A DNA stretch of 64,000 bases from the human T2T-CHM13v2.0 reference genome, Homo sapiens. The notes under the pieces are model-generated. The model was given only the letters and a program-made list of their open reading frames with translations. It made no database searches and had not been told where the DNA came from. Positions 48,501-64,000 of this stretch are shown piece by piece. The stretch is from assembly GCF_009914755.1 (NCBI RefSeq), contig NC_060925.1. One strand, 5' to 3'. Positions within the stretch are counted from its first letter, which is position 1, and each line of letters opens with the position of its first letter. A program made the translations under genes and the position numbers.

Positions 48501-48618
48501 CAGATCAAAGGAGTTTTGTCTTTAACTGGCATGTGATAGAGAATTCTCAGGTGTAAAAATAACTGATTTGAGCACAAGCTTAACTGATCCCAACGCGGAT
48601 CAAATAAGCTTGTGCTCA

Positions 48619-49069
<451 letters not shown>

Positions 49070-50442
49070 TTAGCATAGCACCTGGCACATATCAAACATC
49101 AATGACAGCTATTACTTTCACTAATGATAGAAGTAGTAAAGATTATGCTGATGGAAATCATCAAGCTTCCAAGAATAGGAACAGATTCACAGTGCCTAGG
49201 AATGGCCAACCTGCCAGCATGCTGAGACTCAGTACCCAGTTCAAAAAGTTCAGACCAGAGCTAGACACCAGAGTCTACTGAGCTCCAGGACCACCTCAGC
49301 CTGGAGGCTGGTGATTCTATTTAAGAAACCTGTGTGATGTGGAGGAACAGGAAATGCTGTTAAGCTGGAGGAACACCCTGCGAGTGTCCACAATCCACAG
49401 GAATTGCCCTCTCTACTTACTCCTCGATGGCAATCTGCCAGTACAGTTACGGGCTGACAGGGGTCCAGATGATCTGACCAGAATAAAGTTGGGGTCCACA
49501 CCTCCAAGGATGAGCTCTCCACAATACTGGCGGGTTGGCTGGCTAGGAAGAGATGTACAAGAACGTGAGTGCCCACACACAGTCGGTGAGGCAGTTCTCT
49601 CTCCTCTCTCCTTCCTGCACTCCCTCAGACACAGGGGTGCTGCAGGCGAGGGGACGCTGTCCTCTGAGTTGCTCTCAGACTCAGCCTGCTGAGGCACAGG
49701 AGGAGACTTCTCAGAGTAACACCAAACTACTAGACACGATGCCCATAAAGAAGACGGAAGTGGAAACCAGGCACCCAAAAACAAACTAGAAAAGCATCCC
49801 AGAGAAACCCTCCCTGGGAGGAAGTGAGAACAATAGGAAACAGTTTTAGGGACAACTAGAACGGGGCCTGAGAGAGCCCGCGAGGCGCTCTGAGAGGCAT
49901 GCTCCCATCATGGTCAGGTCATTAACTAGACAATACTGGAAGGACTTTGGCCTTTTGTGCTTCTTATGCTGGCCAGTCGTAGAAGAAAGACATGTGAACT
50001 TCAGGTACTTTGAGGATCATGTGTTTGGGAAAGAAGGAACAAGGGATAAAGTTTGGCACAAAAGTACAGTGCCAAGTGGAGCAAGAAAAGTACTGGATTT
50101 GTGATCAAGATATTTGAGTTTGAGTCTTGGCTTCACACTTACTGTGAGTGACCTTGATCAATTCTGACAAGCTGTTTGAGCCTCCATTTGCTCCCTGGCA
50201 AGATGGGGCTAATATGAGGATTTTTGAGATGTCATTTGAAGTAATTGCTAGCAGAACACTTTATAAAGCCAGACATAGTATTATGATTATTCCTCCATTA
50301 TAGTTCTCTTTACTAGTAATGCTCATGTGGCTTGTTCTTTAGTGCTAATACAGCAGTCTCCAGATTTCCTAAATAAACACTGAGGGACTGTTACTCAATT
50401 TTATGAAAGGTCATCTTGTGGCTTACAGCTAATATAATTTAA

Positions 50443-50744
<302 letters not shown>

Positions 50745-52911
50745 TAATTTAAAATTCTTAAAGTGTATTTAAAATAAGATTTTTCCCAAATTTTCTGAAA
50801 TACATGAATTTTGTATAGCAAGTTATACTCATTGTGTCAGAACACCTTATAACCTGGACCCCATCTGATCTTGGGTTGCCTAGAATCCCCAGGGACCCTC
50901 ATTTTCTGAGCCCTTCACAGGACGAAGGTTCTCACCAGGTGAAGTAGAAGCTGAAGACGGGCTGAGTAAGCTGGCTCTGCTGCAGCATCCCCTGCATTAC
51001 TGTAGGGGAATTCCCCTCTGCCATGTTTGGGTAGGCCATTCCCAGGATCCCGTCAAAGTCTGAATAGTAAAAGGGGTCGCTGGGCTCATTCTCACTCAGG
51101 CCAAACTCCTGGTTATTGACAACGATGTTATGAACCTATGGCAAGCAGACAGTATGGCTTGACAATTCAGGTGCACAAATTGCATGGCTTCCCAGACTAA
51201 TGTGCACAGGGTATGGAATCCAGAAACCCTCCTGGGGAGAGAACATCAGCTTCTTTCATGCAGAACCCAACCACAAGGGTGGGAGTGGAGGGTGAAAGAG
51301 CAACCTTTCTAATCAGGTGTGTCTCGGAAAAAAGAGTGTGGATGTTGGAGAAGTGGAAGAAGTTTTTTTCTGGAGTTATAGTTTCCACTTCCATGGACAG
51401 TGAAAGAATTGAATGGTTTCATACTGAACAATCTATGTGCAAGAATGATTAGAGGAATTGTAGGTGTTTGAACTAAAGAAATAAGAAAATAGTAAAAAGG
51501 CTTGTCTTCAAATATGCGAAGTGCAACTGGGTGGAAGAGGCAATAGACTTATCTGTGTGTTTCCAGAGGGCAGAGTTAGGACCACACAGCAAAGCTGCAA
51601 GAAGACACAACAACTTTAGCACAACATAAAGGCTTCCTGCAGTCAGGACTGCTGTGGAAGCGATTTACGTCCTGGGATGAAGGCTGAATTAGTCTTTGTG
51701 TTCCTTCCAACACTCAGCTTCTGGGAAGCTTGGACCTAATTAGTAAGCATGGGTTTCTCTAATAGTGTAAGACTCTAGAAAATGGGAGCCAAACCACAGA
51801 CCCTCAGAGGCTATGAAAACATTACTTACAGTCACAGTGTCATAGCCCAGGAACACACTCAGGCTGCCACTCCCATAGGATAGTCCATAGGTTTGTCCAT
51901 TGTTTCTGAAGGTGGAGGACAGGCTGGGATTGAACCTGTTGTGATTGGCTATAGAAAGACAGAATGGAATATTCATTTCATTTGCAGTTTTCCAAAACAC
52001 GTGAAGGCTACTTATCCTTGATGGATTGGGCTCATCAGACCAAGGCTGGGATAGGGCATCACCCTAGATCTTTTCTTGTAGACAAACTGTGCTAGTCCTA
52101 GAAAAGTCTATGACACACTTTGCCCAAATTCCTTCCAGCTGACCATTCCCTGAGAGAAAGATTGCCTCAGACTTACCAGAAACACTGGGCCACAGAAGGG
52201 CGCTCAGGGGAAGGAAAGGAAGCCTTAGTCTGTTTCTGCTGTCTGTCTCCAAAAAAGTCAGCACTTCTGAAAAGTGGTGCTGAAGTGACAGACTGAGAGC
52301 AATTTCTCAATGTTCCAAACAGAAGGAGGATACGTGATGGACAAAGAACTCTGGACTTAGAATGATTCACCTGCACTCAAATCCCAGCTCCACTCCTCTA
52401 TCTGCTCCCCTCATGGTGTGGAGGGTGGTAGTGACATACTCACAGCAGACTTGGCTCTGGCAGTAGATGGAGGGCAGCTACAGATTGGAGGAACCCGTAT
52501 CAAAGAGGACTAGGAAATTTTGGGGTGGTGTCCCAGTGCTGATCTCCCCAAAGTAGAAAGACTGCAAAAGAAAGGTTTATCACCTTCATTAAGTAACCAA
52601 GCCTTGTCTTAAGAACGGACAAGCAGTTAACCCACAGGAAGCCACCCTCTGCCCAAATCATTTTCTTGGGGGAATGAGAGGCTTATCCCACAAGTTTTCC
52701 TTCCCATCTGGAGTTAGTTCCTTTCAAGATTCTACTTTTTGTCCCTAATTGCAAGCCTTTGGCCAGCTAAGACTTAGTATGGCAAGACAATATCCTCTTC
52801 CAAAGTGTTTTCTACTTTTACAATAAGCTGATATCTTCACAGATTTATCATGCTATACTGGAGTACCCAGAATTGGGGAAACAATCACTTTTTCTTTTTT
52901 CCTGGTGTCCA

Positions 52912-52912
<1 letters not shown>

Positions 52913-52955
<43 letters not shown>

Positions 52956-52975
52956 ACCACCACCACCACCACCAT
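52913..52975. repeat. Compound microsatellite (CA)n(CAC)n
   Basis: ~20 CA units running into ~7 CAC units in intron 2 of the pepsinogen pseudogene. Confidence 0.95.
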
Positions 52976-54565
52976 CACACTCTTCTCCCCTTCTCTTTCA
53001 ATGTTAGATACTTCTACCACCATTTTCCTCCCTTCTGGTCACACACTAGCAGAGGGTGCTAGGCAGCTGGAAAAGAGACAGCATGGAGAGAAAGAAGAGC
53101 TTTTCACTGGAAGGTAGTTTAAGCTCTAAGTTAACATGGGCCAGTCATGTCACTTACCTACCTCTAGTTTCTTCACCTATAAAATGTGGGTGTTGAAATA
53201 GAAGATCCCTAACGTGGCTTACAGCTCAGACATGCAACATAACATCTCACTAAGGACAGTCCACAGGACAGCAGAATGTCAAGATGCCCTGATGAGACTT
53301 GGTGGGCTTGAGAATATTCAGACATTTGCTCCGGGGACTTTGCATCTTTCCAAAGAGGGAGAGATGCAGTATCTGAGCCACTGGAGCTTTTGCCTGACAT
53401 CCTCACATGTATTTTCCTTCTTTCCCCTGCAGCTCATTGCCAGGACTTCCTTTGGATCTCTCAGTTGACTTGAACATTCCCACCATGAATCTCTTAATCA
53501 TGTAAATGAGGCTTTAGCAGGATGGGCCAGCAACGAGAGGAAAGGAGGAAAGAAAAGGAATTACTATACTCTTAGATGGTACCAACTCATAACTTGTTCT
53601 GATTCTTTCCATAGAAAGGGTGAGACTTTGGTTTAGTAACTAGTCAAAAATTACAGCTAATGAGCAGTATAAGTGAGTATCTAAGAATGGTGGTTATACA
53701 AGGGTTATGGACATTCCCCGCCCCATCACTCACATCCAGGTAGTTGGTGAAGGGCTCGTAAGCAACAGCATCATTATTGAAATAATACTTGGCAATTGGA
53801 TCAGCCTTTGGGTGGTCCCTCAGAAACGTCTCCAGTACACCCTGCTCCTCCATTCTCTGGCGGATAGACTTGCCTTTCCTCAGAATGATCCTGCAGAGAA
53901 TAGGGTAAACAAACAAAAATAGAAACGGAATGAGTCTTGGCCCCATGAAAGCAATCTCTTCAATGACCTGACCTGCAGTGTTTAAATCTCTCCAGTACTC
54001 TACTCAAGAAAAGCCCTCTATAAGCAATGCTCTCAGATTTTAGCACATTCTAACCACTGCTGTCACTCCAGAATTCCTGGTGTGGAATAGACCATATCAT
54101 ATTTTTGGGGTATTGTGTTTATATATTGTTTCCAGAGAATAAATATCTTATTTCTTTCCAATCTCTTCTATAAGTTTGGGGTAAGGATTGTGCATCCTTC
54201 CTTCTTAGCCAACACCCACACCCATAACCACCCCCCCCAAATACTCACACACCATCCATCCATTTCAAGTCTTAGCCCCCAGTGGGTGTTCCTTTCACAG
54301 TAAAAGAGTCAACCTGATTGGTGTTCCAGGAGACCTACAGAGGAAGGCCTTTGCCCTTTCCTAGCTTGTCATGTTCCCCGAAGGCTGGAATCCACAATTA
54401 GGCCAAATCCCAATACATAACTTTCCACACCTCCTGAGAGATGTAGGCAAGCAAGACCAAGACCAGGATCTTCATGGTGCTGACTTTTAACTCCCCACCA
54501 ACATGCAGGACATGATGGCAGAGCCAGAGGTTGGGGCACACAGAGGTAGGCTAGATCTCTCTCTC

Positions 54566-54572
54566 TTATATT
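54566..54572 (-). promoter_or_regulatory. Relic TATA box of the pepsinogen B pseudogene
   Basis: AATATAA(G) on the - strand ~90 nt upstream of the ATG, which has a good Kozak context (gcaccATG). Confidence 0.5.
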
Positions 54573-56450
54573 TTGATCCCCCTGCACTTTTGGTCTCTAG
54601 GTACATGGGCTTTCCTACCTTTGTACCAGCTTGTTTGCCTACAAATCCATAGATTCTGTTTGTTTTTCCCTCTGGCAAGCATCAAGAACTTTCATATTCA
54701 CTCCATAGTGAATTTAAAAAGCAATTAATGGCTTTACTGGTGGAATCTAAAGATTAGGATTTGATAACAAATGTAAAATGCACTGAGGTCAGAGGACCTT
54801 GGTGCCTGTGTCTACTGGGCAATGGGTGTTGGCAACTTCCGCCAGGAAAATGGAACAATTTGCTCTTTAGCTCCTAAGGGCAAGTGCTTTCTTGAGCTTT
54901 GCAGTCTACTCTCTGCTTCTTCCTCTCCTTCTCTCTCTTCCTCTTCTCTGTCTCATCTGTAGCCTTCCATATATGATTTTCATAGCCCATGACATTCTTC
55001 TTTCTTTATTCTTTCATTTTCTTCATTAGCAAACTAGTCAATTTTTATTGAAGGCTTACTCTGTGTTCACCTCTGTACTAAGCTCTGGAAGTGCAAAGAT
55101 AATTAGGAAATGATCCTTGTATACAAATGCTTGCATTCCTGCTGGAATAATGGACACATAATCAAATTGTCAGGCAGTGTGACCACTCTGAGCATTCAAA
55201 TGTTTGTTGAATGAGTGAGAGGGATAACAATAATGTTAAAGCAATCAGAGAGAGGGAGTGGTAGTTTTTTGTGGGATGGAAAAGGCTTCACAGAGGAGGT
55301 AACATTTAAGTAAGGATCTTGCAGGATGATAAATGAGGAAGTGAAGAAATTAAAAAAAAAAAGAAAACACCATTGCAAGCAGATGAAAATCTTCAGCAGT
55401 GGCACAAAGGGGTGAAGTTTTGTGATGATTCAGAGAACATTGTGGCCAACATAGCCAGAAGAGCAATTCTCAGCACAGTTCATCACCAGCCCAAGACACA
55501 CTTGCAGGACTTGCCTGCATGTGCCCAATTCTCATCATGCTAATTGTTACTCTGAGTATTATTTTCTAGCCAAGAAACCATTTTAAATGGAAAAGACTGT
55601 AATGCTATAATAGGAATACTATTGAGTCTACGATACTAAAGCAGTGCATATTTAATACCTTCAGAATTTTAACTATTATTTTATCAAATTATTTATGGCA
55701 TGCTTCATAACTGACTACAACCAGAGCACCATGGATAGAATACTGAACTACTGCAAGAGTAGTACATGGATAGTTGCTATATACAGTACAAGGTATCTAT
55801 ATGGGCATGACTTTCATGATCAGAATCTTGTAATGTGAATCCTCTATGCCACACTAAGCAATATTGATTTAATTCTGTAAGCAACAATAAGCCATTAAAG
55901 TTTTTTTAATCCAGCAAGCAAAACACTGAATGCCCTTCTGCCTACCATTTATACAGAGCTTTTTACATTGTAGTCTTTCAGAAGTACTGAGTGAAAGAGG
56001 TCAGTTACCAAAATAATTCCCTAAGTAAAATTGTAGCTGGCATGAAACTTTGTCATGAATCTACCTTGAAGCTACGCACAACCCCAAAGAAGGTTCAACT
56101 TTATATGTATGATTTAATGTTTTTATGTAGAAATATGTTTTTAAAGGGAAACTTAAGAGCCACTGTACACTCATAATGACCATAACTCCCACATGTTGAA
56201 CACCAACTTTGTAGCAGACACATATTTCATGTAATCATTGCAATATACTTGTGGGGCTAATTTAACTTTCCCAAGACCACCCAGTTAATGAAAGGTAGAA
56301 CTGTGGTTTCAAGTCCAGTTTGTCTGAACTCCTATCTAAACATAAACTCCTCCTCTAGGCCTGGTGTGCTTAAGTTCTCTTTGAGTTAATGTACATGAAA
56401 TCATCAACTTTAATGATGACAAGAAGATTTGATTTAATTTTCTGTGGAAG

Positions 56451-62587
<6,137 letters not shown>

Positions 62588-62673
62588 TTTTTTCTATGGA
62601 AAAGTATATTAATTGCTTTTCTCATCTTTCCTAGATTTTTCCTGCCCGCATATAAAAACTTAACCCTGATAAC

Positions 62674-62692
62674 TGCTGCCACCTGGTGGCAA
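62674..62692 (-). promoter_or_regulatory. Candidate CTCF binding site
   Basis: The - strand reads TTGCCACCAGGTGGCAGCA, close to the CTCF core CCACYAGRKGGCRS. Confidence 0.65.
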
Positions 62693-63324
62693 TATTCCTA
62701 GCTTACAAAAACAGGGTTTTGAAAGGTTGAAAAGTGTGACTGGCGTTTCACAATCCAAGTCAGATGTGAAAACGGCTCCTAACATCTCCACAGCTCTTTC
62801 CTAGGTGAAGACAACAGGTAACTGTTCATTTGTCTTGTCTGAGACTGCCCCTTTTCCCCACTCACGTCAAAGCAGCCAAAACATCACCTTTCCAGCTATT
62901 CTAAAATTTCCCCCGTCTCACATCCATGCCTCTGACCTCTCAATCCTTTAACACGATAGTGTTCATCCCTTTAACACTCCAGAAAACTTTCTAAGTGTTC
63001 TCTTCCTATGTTTGCACAGTCTTCTTTGCAGCATGATATTAGTAGATAAGCTCTCTGAGTGTTTCCTCAGCCTAAGATGAAAGAATGTATGTAAAGTGCA
63101 GAGCAGCCTCTGAGTTCTCCAGGATACGTCATTCCCCTCATCATTTTTAAAGTCTTGTGGGAGCCTGGTTCATGAAATATCACACACTGTACTCAGCACA
63201 GTGGCTTCTATGTAGAGGCACCCAATAAATAAGTATGGAATGAGCCAACTGTATAGACGGGGACTTCAAACAGTCCTGTTAAAATACACATATTTTGCCA
63301 GTTCGAGTTTATTACAGAGCTCCT

Positions 63325-63370
63325 ATTAGGTTGGTGCAAAAGTAATTGTGGTTTTTGCCAATACTTTTAA
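63325..63370. mobile_element. Partial MADE1 (Hsmar1 MITE)
   Basis: ttaggttggtgcaaaagtaattgtggtttttgccaatacttttaat is one MADE1 arm plus spacer. Confidence 0.85.
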
Positions 63371-64000
63371 TATTATCATGCCTGTAGTTTAGCTTTTCCT
63401 GTTAGCTGGGAATGGAATGATGAGACCAGACACATTTTAAATGAGAATGGAAAGAGGTAGGCACAACGTCCTAGGCAACTGATGATATTGGAAAGATCAA
63501 CATGGAGCTTCACACTGGGTCCTGGGGAAAACAGGCACAGAATGTAGATGTTTTTCTCAAAATTAGTAGAAGTCTAGTGAAGCCCTTGCTATGTGTTCAA
63601 TATTAAACTACTGATGTTGTAACCTAACAAAACCTTCTAAAATGCAGAGCGAATTCTCTTATAGTGAAATCTCTTACAGTGTTTTCTTGGTGCTTAGAAA
63701 ACAAAGACTTATCACGGGAAAGTGTCCATCTCAAACATGTGTCTTCCCTTCAAGACATTTGCCAATTTGAAGCTGCATGGGGCAGGAGGCCATAGAGTTG
63801 AGCTGGGAACTTCTGATGACGAGAGATGAACCCCCTTAAGTCTTTCAAAACTTAAGAAGAGACAGATAACCACCAACTGTCAAACAAAATCCCAGAGAAG
63901 TCATTCCAGAGCAACAGGGACAAATCAGAGGCAGATGACTATTTCAAAAGCTGCAACTCAACCCTGACCCAGTTCAATCCCCAAATAGGTTGGAATTAGC

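Noticed and set aside
52850-53117. His-rich and Thr-His repeat ORFs
   Set aside because: These are translations of the (CA)n(CAC)n microsatellite.

Overview
Eukaryotic, repeat-rich DNA. I recognise it as human chr1p13.2 between CHIA and OVGP1, based on gene content. There is one intact protein-coding gene, PIFO/CIMAP3 (+ strand, 6 coding exons at 9339-14010, 191 aa, CpG-island promoter with an RFX X-box). Two multi-exon digestive-enzyme pseudogenes lie on the - strand, and I rebuilt both exon by exon: an acidic-chitinase (GH18 + CBM14) paralog, probably CHIAP3 (11 exons, 15923-31525), and pepsinogen B (PGBP/PGCP1; 9 exons, 45697-54475). A full-length HIGD1A retrocopy with a 15-bp TSD lies between them. 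The rest is retro- and DNA-transposon sequence: three long L1s, two HML-2 LTR5 solo LTRs, another solo LTR, a full-length Tigger1, Alus, MaLRs, MIR/L2 and MADE1. I see no wholly new gene system. The most notable unexplained or predictive signals are: (i) an intact L1 ORF0 whose splice donor is in phase with pepsinogen-B exon 2, predicting a fusion transcript; (ii) a chitinase-like-lectin-type catalytic motif in the chitinase relic; (iii) templated insertions and a mosaic inside old L1s; (iv) one target site reused by an Alu and an L1, which then received a nested LTR; (v) a pre-miRNA-sized hairpin in the PIFO 3'UTR; (vi) a near-palindromic CTCF motif. Repeat subfamily names and reference protein comparisons are from memory and need RepeatMasker/BLAST confirmation.
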